Origin: Malacoraja senta
Taxonomy: Eukaryota
Length of the DNA: 64,000 nucleotides
NCBI GenBank assembly: GCA_038087875.1
Contig: CM075994.1
Location: 9,674,001 to 9,738,000, forward strand
Direction: 5' to 3'
Below, one piece after another: positions 11,856-23,853 of the stretch (position 1 is the first letter of the stretch; each line of letters starts with the position of its first letter). The position numbers and the translations under genes were made by a program. The notes below the pieces were generated by a model. That model was given only the letters and a program-made list of their open reading frames with translations, had not been told where the DNA came from and ran no database searches.

Positions 11856-12071
11856 TCAAGGCTCCACCACGGCCTTCACGAACATGGTGTCGTCGGACAC
11901 GAAGGCGCGCCAGTTGGAGCGGAGCTGGGCGAGGGGCACGAACTGCGGGCAGCCGCTGGCAATGTTCATGGAGTGCTGGGGCCTGCGGAAGGAGGCGGAG
12001 TTGGTGTCCGGTTTGAAGGCCGAGACCACTTGGTGCTCCCCGTCGCACTGGTCCAGAAGCTTGAAGGTCAC
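11856..12071 (-). CDS. TRAF1/2-like gene, coding exon 8 (TRAF-C end, stop)
   Basis: Acceptor ccaccag. Reads VTFKLLDQ...SAFKPDTNSASFRRPQHSMNIASGCPQFVPLAQL...DDTMFVKAVVEP*. Confidence 0.95.
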   Translation of the reverse strand: MTFKLLDQCDGEHQVVSAFKPDTNSASFRRPQHSMNIASGCPQFVPLAQLRSNWRAFVSDDTMFVKAVVEP

Positions 12072-13444
12072 CTGGTGGGGGTGGGGAAAGGAGAGGAAAA
12101 CAGTTCACTCCTGTGCTCCTGCAATAGCAAACAGGCCCTTCGGCCCATTAGTTTATTTTTAGAGATACAGCGCGGAAACAGGCCCTTCTGCCCACCGAAG
12201 AGGCAGGAAACACGTTCCCGAAGTTGGGGGAGTCCAGAACCAGGGGCCACAGTTTAAGAATAATAGCCCTGTCCCACTGTACGAGTTCATTCAAGAGTTC
12301 TCCCTGATTCGAATTCGGAGATTTATGGTAATGGCCGCTCATAAGTACTCGGGGCTCTCGTGGACATTTTTCAACATGTTGAAAAATCTTCGCGAGCTTA
12401 CCGTGTTTCCAGAGTACCTGCCGTTAGCGTTAGAGACGTCCCCGAGCTCCGACGTACCCGCTACGTTCATTCTACTTGCTTACCATGAGTTAGATTTTTT
12501 TTTTAAACTCGGGAGAGCTCTTGAATTAGCTCGTACAGTGGGACATGGTTTTCAGGGGTAAGCCATTTAGAACGGAGACGAGGAAACGCTTTTTCACACA
12601 GAGAGTTGTGAGTCTGTGGAATTCTCTGCCTCAGAGGGTGGTGGAGGCCGGTTCTCTGGATGCTTTCAAGAGAGAGCTAGATAGGGCTCTTAAAGATAGC
12701 GGAGTCAAGGGATATGGGGAGAAGGCAGGAACGGGCAAAGCCTGCACCGCCATTCAATGTGATCATGGCTGATCATCCCCAATCAGTACCCCGTTCCTGC
12801 CTTCTCCCCATATCCCCATGACTCCGCTATCTTTAAAAGCTCTATCTAACTCTCTCTTGAAAGTATCCAGAGAACCGGCCTTCACTGCCTTCTGAGGCAG
12901 AGAATTCCCCAGATTCACAACCCTTTGTGTGAAAATGTTTTTCCTCATAGAAACATAGAAAATAGGTGCAGGAGTAGGCCATTCGGCCCTTCGAGCCTGC
13001 ACCACCATTCGATATGATCATGGCTGATCATCCAACTCAGTATCCCATCCCTGCCTTCTCTCCATACCCCCTGATCCTTTTAGCCACAAGGGCCACATCT
13101 AACTCCCTCTTAAATATACCCAATGAACTGGCCTCAACTACCTTCTGTGGCAGAGAATTCCATCTCCGTGCTAAATGGCCTACCCCTTATTCTTAAACTG
13201 CGATCCCTGGTTCTGGACTTCCCCCAACATCGGGAACGGAAGTGTTAACAGGAACATAAGGAGCAACTTTTTTGACTCAAAGGGTGGTGGGTGTATGGAA
13301 CGAGCTGCTGGAGGAGGTAGTTGAGGCTGGGACTATCACTGCATTTAAGAAACATTTGGACAGGTGCATGGATAGGACAGTGTTAGAGGGATACGGGCCA
13401 AATGCGGGCAGGTGGGACTAGGATAGATGGTGTAGGTAGGTCGG

Positions 13445-14608
13445 CAGGGGCAAGTTGGGCCGAAGGGGCTGTTTTCACGCTGTATCACCCTATGACCACC
13501 ACATTATGCTCAGACCCACCCTTGACCATAAGAACCATTCCTGCTTTCTCCCCATAATCCCTTGATTCCTTTTGCCCTCAGAGCTAAATCTAACTCTCTC
13601 TTGAATACATCCAGTGAATTGGCCTCCACTGCCTCTGTGGCAGAGAATTCCACAGATTCACCACTCTCTGGGTGATAAAATTGTCACCTTACCCTGCTTT
13701 TTAATCTGTCATTTTCACACCTTACCCTTCCATATCTCTGGGGGTACTGATTGGGGATGATCAGCCATGATCACATTGAAAGGCAGTGCTGGCTCGAAGG
13801 GCCGAATGGCCTGCTCCTGCACCTGTTGTCTATTGTCCATTTTCCGTGATCTCCATCTGCTTTGTCCTATTTTTCACACTGTAAACTTCCTTATCTATGT
13901 ATCTCCCGCTCCCCTGACTCCCAGTCTGAAGAAGGGTCTCGACCCGAAACGTCGCCCATTCCTTCTCTCCAGAGATGCTGCCTGTCCCGCTGAGCTACCA
14001 CAGCATTTTCCCATCTGCTAGCTTGCCCAGGGGCAAGTTGGGCCGAAGGGGCTGTTTTCACGCTGTATCACCCTATGACCACCACATTATGCTCAGACCC
14101 ACCCTTGACCATAAGAACCATTCCTGCTTTCTCCCCATAATCCCTTGATTCCTTTTGCCCTCAGAGCTAAATCTAACTCTCTCTTGAATACATCCAGTGA
14201 ATTGGCCTCCACTGCCTCTGTGGCAGAGAATTCCACAGATTCACCACTCTCTGGGTGATAAAATTGTCACCTTACCCTGCTTTTTAATCTGTCATTTTCA
14301 CACCTTACCCTTCCATATCTCTGGGGGTACTGATTGGGGATGATCAGCCATGATCACATTGAAAGGCAGTGCTGGCTCGAAGGGCCGAATGGCCTGCTCC
14401 TGCACCTGTTGACTATTGTCCATTTTCCGTGATCTCCATCTGCTTTGTCCTATTTTTCACACTGTAAACTTCCTTATCTATGTATCTCCCGCTCCCCTGA
14501 CTCCCAGTCTGAAGAAGGGTCTCGACCCGAAACGTCGCCCATTCCTTCTCTCCAGAGATGCTGCCTGTCCCGCTGAGCTACCACAGCATTTTCCCATCTG
14601 CTAGCTTG
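13445..14608. repeat. 583-bp near-perfect tandem duplication in a TRAF intron
   Basis: 13445-14025 vs 14028-14608; only one substitution noticed by eye (TGTCTATT vs TGACTATT). Confidence 0.93.
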
Positions 14609-14644
14609 TTGGCCAGTGCATCATCTCGAGGCCGCTTCATTTAC

Positions 14645-14793
14645 CTTCTTGCTGAAGGGCCAGTCCAGGATGGAGTCGTACGTTCCCTTCATTATGACCA
14701 GGAAGAGAGAGATGTGAGTGTTGGCCCCCAGGCCGTCCCCGTTCAGGTACATCCTCAGGCAGAGCTTGTAGCCACCGTGAGAAGTGAAGAAAG
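14645..14793 (-). CDS. TRAF1/2-like gene, coding exon 7 (149 bp, TRAF-C/MATH)
   Basis: cccgcag|CT ... AAG|gtaaat. Reads (P)[49 protein letters not shown]. Confidence 0.95.
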
Positions 14794-15104
14794 CTGCGGG
14801 GGGTAAGAGAAAGGCCGTCAATAACTTGGAACAATGTGTCTCCACTCACATACATGCTGAAACTTTCAGCAGTCCACACGTCATACTCGCAGAATAAGGC
14901 AATTCGGCCCATTTAATCTGGTCTGCTATGGACTTCTGGGCAGTGTTTGTGTCTTTGCACCATTATTGTTTGCTTGTGATGTGTGAATATATGTGTGTGT
15001 GCAAGTGAATGTGTGTATGAATGTGTGTATGTGTGTGTGAATGTATGTGTGCGTGAATGTATGTGTGTGTGCATATCTTTGAGCTAATTCCTTAAAATTA
15101 CTTC

Positions 15105-15540
15105 CTTTGAGCCTCTACTTCCTGAGAAGATTACGGAGAGTCGGTATGTCAAGGAGGACTCTCTCGAACTTCTACAGGTGCACAGTAGAGAGCATGCTGA
15201 CCGGTTGCATCGTGGCTTGGTTCTGCAACTTGAGCGTCCAGGAGCGGAAAAGAATGCAGAAAGTTGTGACCACTGCCCAGTCCATCATCGGCTCTGACCT
15301 CCCTGCCATCGAGGGGATCTATCGCAGTCGCTGCCTCAAAAAGGCTGCCAGCATCATCAAGGACCCACACCATCCTGGCCACTCACTCATCTCCCCGCTG
15401 CCATCGGGTAGAAGGTACAGGAGCCTGAAATCTGCAACATCCAGGTTCAGGAATAGCTGCTTCCCCACAGCCATCAGACTATTAAACTTGGCTCGAACAA
15501 AACTCTGAACATTAATAGCCCATTGCACGTTATCTGTTAT
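15105..15540 (+). mobile_element. Rex1/Babar-type non-LTR retrotransposon 3' fragment (related minus copy about 33395-33785)
   Basis: [35 protein letters not shown]...[10 protein letters not shown]...RFRNSCFPTAIRLLN is typical of Rex1 C-termini. Confidence 0.8.
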
Positions 15541-15544
15541 TTAT

Positions 15545-16222
15545 AGACAATAGACAATAGGTGCAGGAGTAGGCCATTCGACCCTTCGAACCAGCACCAC
15601 CATTCAATGTGATCATGGCTGATCATCCCCAATCAGTACCCCGTTCCTGCCTTCTCCCCATATCCCCCGACTCCGCTATTTTTAAGAGCCTTATCTAGCT
15701 CTCTCTTGAAAGCATCCAGAGAACCGGCCTCCACCGCCCTCTGAGGCAGAGAATTCCACAGACTCACCACTATCTGTGAGAAAAAGTGTTTCCTCGTCTC
15801 CGTTCTAAATGGCTTACTCCTTATTCTTAAACTGTGGCCCCTGGTTCTGGACTCCCCCAACATTGGGAACATGTTTCCTGCCTCTAGCGTGTCCAAACCC
15901 TTAACAATCTTAGATGTTTCAATGAGATACCCTCTCATCCTTCTAAACTCCAGAGTGTACAAGCCCAGCTGCTCCATTCTCTCAGCATATGACAGCCCCG
16001 CCATCCCGGGAATTAACCTTGTAAACCTACGCTGCAGTCCCTCAATAGCAAGAACGTCCTTCCTCAAATTAGGAGACCAAAACTGCACACAATAGTCCAG
16101 GTGTGGTCTCACTGGGGCTCTGTACAACTGCAGAAGGACCTCTTTGCTCCTATATGCAATTCCTCTTGTTATAAAGGCCAACATGCCATTCGCTTTCTTC
16201 ACTGCCTGCTGTACCTGCATGC
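15545..16222 (-). mobile_element. CR1-type LINE 3' fragment
   Basis: ORF 15633-16226 KKANGMLAFI...[14 protein letters not shown]... Confidence 0.9.
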
Positions 16223-16408
16223 TCATGTGTGTATATATATATATTCAATAGTATATGGACACACTGATCTGTTCTGTATTCATGCCTACTATATTCTGTT
16301 GTGCTGAAGCAAAGCAAGAATTTCATTGTCCTATCTGGGACACATGACAATAAACTCTCTTGAATCTATCTATTGAGCGCTTCGTGTGAATGGGCAGCGG
16401 AGACTCAC

Positions 16409-16586
16409 GTGGGGAGTTGATGGACGGGGACTGCCCGTCCGCGGCGTACCGCATCCTCCGGCTGACCCCGCTGACCGCCCACAACAAGGTCCCGTCGAAC
16501 GAAGAGGTCTCCAGCACCTCCAGGCGACACTGCAGGTCGGCGATCACCACGTCCTTGAGGCCAATCGACTTCTCATTCTGTCGCAC
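16409..16586 (-). CDS. TRAF1/2-like gene, coding exon 6 (178 bp, coiled-coil end and TRAF-C start)
   Basis: gtgccag|GTG ... C|gtgagt. Reads VRQNEKSIGLKDVVIADLQCRLEVLETSSFDGTLLWAVSGVSRR...SINSP. Confidence 0.95.
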
Positions 16587-17689
16587 CTGGCACGGGGCGT
16601 GAGAGAGATAGAGAGGGATCAACCGAGGGCTCGGAGTTGTGGGGAGCGCGTGGCCACCCCCACCTTCATGGTCAAATGGTTATTTTATTAGCAAGATCAG
16701 TATGGCATACATGTGCGTTTGGGACTCTCCCCAATATAAAGTAATTGCTGCTGCTGCTGAACGAGGGTGTTGACTCCAGCTCAGCTACCTGTTGACAATA
16801 GACAATAGGCGCAGGAGTAGGCCATTCGGCCCTTTGGACCAGCACCGCCATCCAATGTGATCATGGCTGATCATCCCCAATCAGTACCCCGTTCCTGCCT
16901 TCTCCCCATATCCCCTGACTCCGCTATCTTTAAGAGCTCTATCTAGCTCTCTCTTAGGGACAGGGCGTGGAGAACGGAGATGAGGAAAAACCTTTTCACA
17001 CAGAGAGTTGCGAATCTGTGGAATTCTCTGCCTCAGAGGGCAGTGGAGGTCAATTCTCTGGATACTTTCAAGAGAGAGCTAGATCAGCCATGATCACATT
17101 GAATGGCAGTGCTGGCTCGAAGGGCCAAATGGCCTCCTCCTGCACCTATTGTCTATTGTCTCCCAGCAACATCCTTGAGAATCTTAACCAAAGCCTCATG
17201 CACCCATTCTGGATTATAGAAACATAGAAACATAGAAAATAGGTGCAGGAGGAGGCCATTCGGCCCTTCGAGCCAGCACCGCCATTCGTTGTGATCATGG
17301 CTGATCGTCCCCAATCAATAACCCGTGCCTGCCTGCTCCCCCATATCCCTTGATTCCATCAGCCCCTAGAGCTCTATCTAACTCTCTCTTAAATCCATCC
17401 AGTGATTTGGCCTCCACTGCCCTCTGTGGCAGGGAATTCCACAAATTCACAACTCTCCGGGTGAAAACTTTTTTTCTCACCTCAGTCTTAAATGGACTCC
17501 CCTTTATTCTAAGACTGTGTGTGGCCCGTGGTTCTGGACTCGCCCAACATTGGGAACATTTTTCCTGCGTCTAGCTTGTCCAGTCCTTTTATAATTTTAT
17601 ATGTTTCTGTAAGATGCCCCCTCATCCTTCTAAACTCCAGTGAATACAAGCCTAGTCTTTTCAATTTGAGTATGATTTAAAATATTTAC

Positions 17690-18028
17690 CTTGTTCGTTA
17701 GCTGCGAGATCGATGCGTCTTGCTCCTTTATCCACGCCTCTTGCTCCAGCACGGTGTGTAACGTGTGGCCCACCTCGCGGTTTAAGACCGTGACGATGTT
17801 TTCGAACGTCTGCAGCTTCACTCTCAGCTCCTCCCGGGAGTTCTCGCCCTCAGCCGCCTCCCGCCACTTGTCGGGCTCCGTGTCCCGCTCCTTCCCATTC
17901 CCAGTTCTCCCCTCCAGGCTGGGATGTTCGCCGGCCTCCTTCCCGACAACCGGCAGGCACCTGAGAATGCAGGTCAGATGGTGCCCGACGGAGTCGCGAA
18001 CATGCTCGTCCACCTTGCGACCGCAAAT
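17690..18028 (-). CDS. TRAF1/2-like gene, coding exon 5 (339 bp, zinc-finger end and TRAF-N coiled coil)
   Basis: tttgcag|ATT ... AAG|gtaaat. Reads ICGRKVDEHVRDSVGHHL...KLQTFENIVTVLNREV...; FENIVxVLNxEV is the TRAF1/TRAF2 coiled-coil motif. Confidence 0.95.
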
Positions 18029-18104
18029 CTGCAAAGACGCGTTTTGGAAACTCGTGAGTCACGGGAGCAGAATTAGGCCACTTTGTCCCATTGAGTCTAA
18101 GCGC

Positions 18105-18930
18105 GCAGGTACAGCAGGCAGTGAATAAAGCGAATGGCATGTTGGCCTTCATAACAAGAGGATAGGAGCAAAGAGGTCCTTCTGCAGTTGTACAGGGCCC
18201 CAGTGAGACCACACCTGGAGCATTGTGTGCAGTTTTGGCCTGTTGGTCTTCATAACAAGAGGAGTTGAGTATAGGAGCAAAGAGGTCCTTCGGCAGGTGC
18301 ACAGGGCCCCAGTGTGACCACACCTGGAGCATTGTGTGCAATTTTGGCCTGTTGGTCTTCATAACAAGGGGAGTTGAGTATAGGAGCAAAGAGGTCCTTC
18401 TCCAGTTGTACAGGGCCCTAGTGAGACCACACCTTGAGTATTGTGTGCAGTTTCGGTCCCCTAATTTGAGGAAGGATATCCTTGCTATTGAGGGAGCACA
18501 GCGTAGGTTTACCAGGTTAATTCCCAGGATGGCGGGACTGTCATACGCTGAGAAAATGGAGCGGCTGGGCTTGTACATTCTGGAGTTTAGAAGGATGAGA
18601 GGATTCTTATTGAAACATGTAAGATTATTAAGGGTTTGGACATGCTAGAGGCAGGAAACATGATGTTGGGGAAGTCCAGAATCAGGGGCCACAGTGTAAG
18701 AATAAGGGGTAAGCCATTTACAATGGAGACGAGGAAACACTTTTTCACACAGAGAGTTGTGAGTCTGTGGAATTCTCTGCCTCAGAGGGCGGTGGAGGCC
18801 AGTTCTCTGGATACTTTCAAGTGAGAGCTAGATAGGGCTCTTAAAGATAGTGGAGTCAGGGGATATGGGGAGAAGGGGAGAAGGCAGGAACGGGGTACTG
18901 GTTGTGGATGATCAGCCACGATCACATTGA
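18105..18930 (+). mobile_element. CR1-type LINE 3' fragment with an internal segment of about 110 bp triplicated
   Basis: Three consecutive copies of TTCATAACAAG...TGTGTGCAGTTT at about 18140-18455. Confidence 0.85.
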
Positions 18931-19649
18931 TCACTGTACCAATTGGTCCCACCCCCAACCAAGTGGTTATACCGGCTTCAAGGTGGTCTTGTTGAGTCTC
19001 ATTGTCGGTAACTGGTTTTCACCTAGCCCACAGCTAACAATGGCCTTTTTCCTTTATCATCGATACTTTTTTGCACATCTTCCTTCTATTTGTTCTGTAT
19101 CTCTCTATATCACCGCCTATAGCTCTCTTTTCCCTTTAGTTTAGAGATGCAGTGCAGAAATAGGCCCTTCGGCCCACCAGGTCCGCGCCGACCAGCGATC
19201 CCCGCACTCTAACACCATCCTACACCCACAAGGGACAAATTTTAGATTTACCAAGCCAATTAACCTACAAACCTGTACGTCGTTGGAGTGTGGGTGGAAA
19301 GCGAAGATCTCGGAGGAAACCCACGCAGATCACGTGCAAACTCCATACAGACAGCACCCGTAGTCGGGATCGAACTCGGGTCTCCGGCGCTGTAAGGCAG
19401 CAGCTCTACTGCCCAAGCGGGTTCCCCAGAATCTCAGTCTGAAAGGAGGGTCTCAACCCGAAAAGCCATCCATTCCTTCTCTCCAGAGATGCTGCCTGCC
19501 CCGCCCAGTTACGCCAGCATTTTGTGTCTATCTTCGATTTAAACTAGCATCTGCACTTCTTTCCTACATGTTCAGACAAGGACCTTCCTCTCCAGACCCG
19601 GGCTATGGTTGGAGGGCCAGTCCCGCTGAATGAATGGCCTGATACTCAC

Positions 19650-19721
19650 TGGCTCTGTGCAGCCGACCACACTGAAGGGGCACCGCTGAAGGTTCCGCTC
19701 GCAGGACATCTTGTGCTTTGC
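19650..19721 (-). CDS. TRAF1/2-like gene, coding exon 4 (72 bp, zinc finger)
   Basis: tttcag|GCA ... CCA|gtgagt. Reads AKHKMSCERNLQRCPFSVVGCTEP; phase 0/0 fits both neighbours. Confidence 0.9.
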
Positions 19722-20064
19722 CTGAAACGTCAAGAACAAACTCCATCACAGTCTGAAGAAGTGTCCCGACCCGATACGTCACCCATTCTGCCTGTCCCGC
19801 TGAGTTACAGAGTCGCAGAATCTCACAGAGTGAAAACAGGTCCTTAGGCCCAACTTGCCCACACCGGCCAACATGGCCCAGCTACGCTAGACCCACATAC
19901 CTGCCGCTGGTCAAATACTCCTCTACCATATACTTGTTTCTTAAACATTTAGTCTCAGCCTCAACTACCTCCTCTGGCAGCTCGTTCCATACACCCACCG
20001 CACTCTGTGTGAAAATGTTACCGCTCAGATTCTTATTAAATCTTTTCCCCATCACCTTAAACAA

Positions 20065-21155
20065 AAGACAATAGGTGCAAGAGTAGGCCATTTGGCCCTT
20101 CGAGCCAGCACCGCCATTCAATGTGATCATGGCTTATCATCCCCAATCAGTACCCCGTTCCTGCCTTCTCCCCATATCCCCTGACTCCACTATCTCTAAG
20201 AGCCCTATCAAGCTCTCTCTTGCAAGTAACCAGAGAACCGGCCTCCACCGCCCTCTGAGGCAGAGAATTCCACAGACTCACAACTCTCTGGGTGAAAAAG
20301 TGTTTCCTCATCTCCGTTCCAGATGGCTTACCCCTTATTCTTAAACAGTGGCCCCTGGATCTGGACTCCCCCAACATCGGGAACATGTTTCCTGCCTCTA
20401 GCGTGTCCAAACCCTTAATAATCTTATATGTTTCAATAAGATTCCCTCTCATCCTTCTAAATATCCAGTCAGTGGTAAGGCAAGCTATGATTACAACCGA
20501 GCTGTTATTCTAAACCGTTAAACCTTTCCTATCCATGCACCTGTTTAAATGTTGCCAAAGGGGTAACGAGAAAGCCATTTAGAACGGAGACAATGAGACC
20601 ACATAATCATTGTGTGCAGTTTTGGTCTTCTAATTTGAGGAAGGACATTCTTGCTATTGAGGGAGTGCAGCGTAGGTTTACAAGGTTAATTCCCGGGATG
20701 GCGGGACTGTCATATGCTGAGAGAATGGAGCGGCTGGGCTTGTACACTGGAGTTTAGAAGGATGAGAGGGAATCTTATTGAAACATGTAAGATTATTAAG
20801 GGTTTGGACATGCTAGAGGCAGGAAACATGTTTCCGATGTTGGGGGGAGTCCAGAACCAGGGGCCACACACAGTTTAAGAATAAGGGGTAAGCCATTTAG
20901 AACGGAGACGAGGAAACACTTTTTCACCCAGAGAGTTTTGAGTCTGTGGAATTCTCTGCCTCAGAGGGCGGTGGAGGCCGGTTCTCTGGATACTTTCAAG
21001 AGAGAGCCAGATAGGGCTCTGAAAGATAGTGGAGTCAGGGGATATGGGGAGAAGGCAGGAACGGGGTACTGATTGGGGATGATCAGTCATGATCACATTG
21101 ATTGGCGGTGCTGGCTCGAGGGGCCGAATGGCCTACTCCTGCACCAATTGTTTCT
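20065..21155. mobile_element. Two divergently oriented CR1-type LINE fragments (about 20065-20460 minus; 20605-21155 plus)
   Basis: CR1 C-terminal peptides and 3' UTRs on opposite strands. Confidence 0.85.
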
Positions 21156-21487
21156 ACATTCGCCAACAAGCAACAGTATATTTGACATATATGCCTTCTT
21201 TACATATAACCAGCCTTAGTGCACAATTTCGGTGAGAATATTGCAAAGTAATATCTGGTAGGACCGGCCGATTCGGAAAATTCCAAGCCGCCGAGTGTGT
21301 TTTTCCGTTCCGACGCCGGAGCTCCGATCATCCCAGCGAGAGGGCCTGAACATCGGGCCGGCCGTATCGGCGACTGCGGAGGCCTCAGAGGCCCCGACCA
21401 CGGATGAACAATGAGGAAGAGGACTGAACTTTACTGCCTTCCCTCACAGTGGGGAATGTTGATTCCGCTGTGTGGGGATGTCCATGT

Positions 21488-22102
21488 TAAAATGCTACAC
21501 TTGTCGCTTTACCTCCCCCCTTGACTCCATCCAAGGACCCAAGCAGTCTTTCCAGGTGCAGCAGAGGTTCACCTGCACCTCCTCCAACCTCATCTATTGC
21601 ATCCGCTGCTCTAGGTGTCAGCTGCTCTACATCGGTGAGACCAAGCGTAGGCTTGGCGATCGCTTCGCCCAACACCTCCGCTCGGTTCTATCGCAATAAC
21701 CAACCTGATCTCCCAGTGGGTCAGCACTTCAACTCCCCCTCCCATTCCGAATCCGACCTTTCTGTCCTGGGCCTCCTCCATGGCCAGAGTGAGTCCCACC
21801 GTAAATTGGAGGAGCAACACCTCATATTTCGCTTGGGCAGTTTACACCCCAGCGGTATGAACATTGACTTCTCCAATTTCAGGTAGTCCCTGCTTTCGCC
21901 TCCCCTTCTCAGCTCTCCCTCAGCCCACTGGCTCCACCTCTTCCTTTCTTCTTCCCCCCCCCCCCCACATCAGTCTGAAGAAGGGTCTTGACCCTAAGGG
22001 TTTCACCTATTTCCTTCGCTCCATAGATGCTGCCTCACCCACTGAGTTTCTCCAGCATTTTTGTCTACCTTCGATTTTCCAGCATCTGCAGTTCCTTCTT
22101 AA
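21488..22102 (+). mobile_element. Penelope-like element 3' fragment (GIY-YIG endonuclease); similar copies about 42165-42560(+), 52400-52770(-), 58460-59170(+)
   Basis: NLIYCIRCSRCQLLYIGETKRRLGDRFAQH ... HFN ... [17 protein letters not shown]. Confidence 0.88.
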
Positions 22103-22234
22103 AGAACTGTCGTGTGTTGTGTTATTTTGATTCGTGTGTCTGTACGGCAACTCAAATCTCAACTCCACCAATACGTGCACGTGACAATAAATGGAACTTG
22201 AGCTTGAACTCGAAAGAAAAGAGAAAGGTTTTAC

Positions 22235-22333
22235 CTCGAATTCTCTCAATGGTCCAGTCCAACTGCAGCCCGGGTTGATACAAGACACCTCCAGATTCAA
22301 GATTTCCTTCGCTATTGCCCTGTCACTGAAACA
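22235..22333 (-). CDS. TRAF1/2-like gene, coding exon 3 (99 bp)
   Basis: ttctcag|TGT ... GAG|gtaaaa. Reads CFSDRAIAKEILNLEVSCINPGCSWTGPLREFE, homologous to TRAF2 AFPDNAARREVESLPAVCPSDGCTWKGTLKEYE. Confidence 0.95.
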
Positions 22334-22494
22334 CTGAGAAAATGGGAAACAAAAAGTGGTAAATTAACACTCGCTTTCTCATCATATTTTATAATTAGTT
22401 TAGTTTAGAGATACAGCGCGGAAACAGGCCCTTCGGCCCACCCAGTCCGCGCCGACCAGCGATCCCCCCATACATTAACACTACCCTTCACTGC

Positions 22495-23853
22495 TAGAGT
22501 CAGTTATTAAAGATGGGATAGCAACACATTTGGAAAATGGTGAAATCATTGGACAAAGTCAGCATGGATTTATGAAAGGTAAATCATGTCTGACGAATCT
22601 TATAGAATTTTTCACGGATGTAACTAGTAGAGTGGATAGGGGAGAACCAGTGGATGTGTTGTATCTGGACTTTCAGAAGGCTTTCGACAAGGTCCCACAT
22701 AAGAGATTAGTATACAAACTTAAAGCACACGGTATTGGGGTTCAGTATTGATGTGGATAGAGAACTGGCTGGCAGGAAGCAAAGAGTAGGAGTAAACGGG
22801 TCCTTTTCAGAATGGCAGGCAGTGACTAGTGGGGTACCGCAAGGCTCAGTGCTGGGACCCCAGCTATTTACAATATATATTAATCATTTGGATGAGGGAA
22901 TTGAATGCAACATCTCCAAGTTTGCGGATGACATGAAGCTGGGGGGCAGTGTTAGCTGTGAGGAGGGTGCTAGGAGGCTGCAAGATGACTTGGATAGGCT
23001 GGGTGAGTGGGCAAATGCATGGCAGATGCAGTATAATGTGGATAAATGTGAGGTTATCCACTTTGGTGGCAAAAACAGGAAAGTAGACCATTATCTGAAT
23101 GGTGGCCGATTAGGAAAAGGGGAGATGCAACGAGACCTGGGTGTCATGGTACACCAGTCATTGAAAGTAGGCATGCAGGTGCAGCAGGCAGTGAAGAAAG
23201 CGAATGGTATGTTAGCATTCATAGCAAAATGATTTGAGTATAGGAGCAGGGAGGTTCTGCTGCAGTTGTACAGGGTCTTGGTGAGACCACACCTGGAGTA
23301 TTGCGTACAGTTTTGGTCTCCTAATTTGGGGAAGGACATTCTTGCCATAGAGGGAGTACAGAGAAGGTTCACCAGACTGATTCCTGGGATGTCAGAACTT
23401 TCATATGAAGAAAGACTGGATAGACTCGGCTTGTACTCGCTGGAATTTAGAAGATTGAGGGGGGATCTTATAGAAACTTACAAAATTCTTAAGGGGTTGG
23501 ACAGGCTAGATGCAGGAAGATTGTTCCCGATGTTGGGGAAGTCCAGGACAAGGGGTCACAGTTCAAGGATAAAGGGGAAATCTTTTAGAACTGAGATGAG
23601 AAAAACATTTTTTACACAGAGAGTGGTGAATCTCTGGAATTCTCTGCCACAGAAGGTAATTGAGGCCAGTTCATTGGCTATATTTAAGAGGGAGTTAGAT
23701 GTGGCCCTTGTGGCTAAAGGGATCAGGGGGTATGGAGAGAAGGCAGGTACAGGATACCGAGTTGGATGATCAGCCATGATCATATTGAATGGCGGTGCAG
23801 GCTCGAAGGGCCGAATGGCCTACTCCTGCAGGTATTTTCTATGTTTCTATGTT
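22495..23853 (+). mobile_element. CR1-type LINE, longest copy here (RT core to 3' end, disrupted)
   Basis: QHGFMKGKSCLTNL, YLDFQKAFDKVPH, GVPQGSVLGP, SKFADD; contains a stop and frameshift; TTTCTATG tail. Confidence 0.93.
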
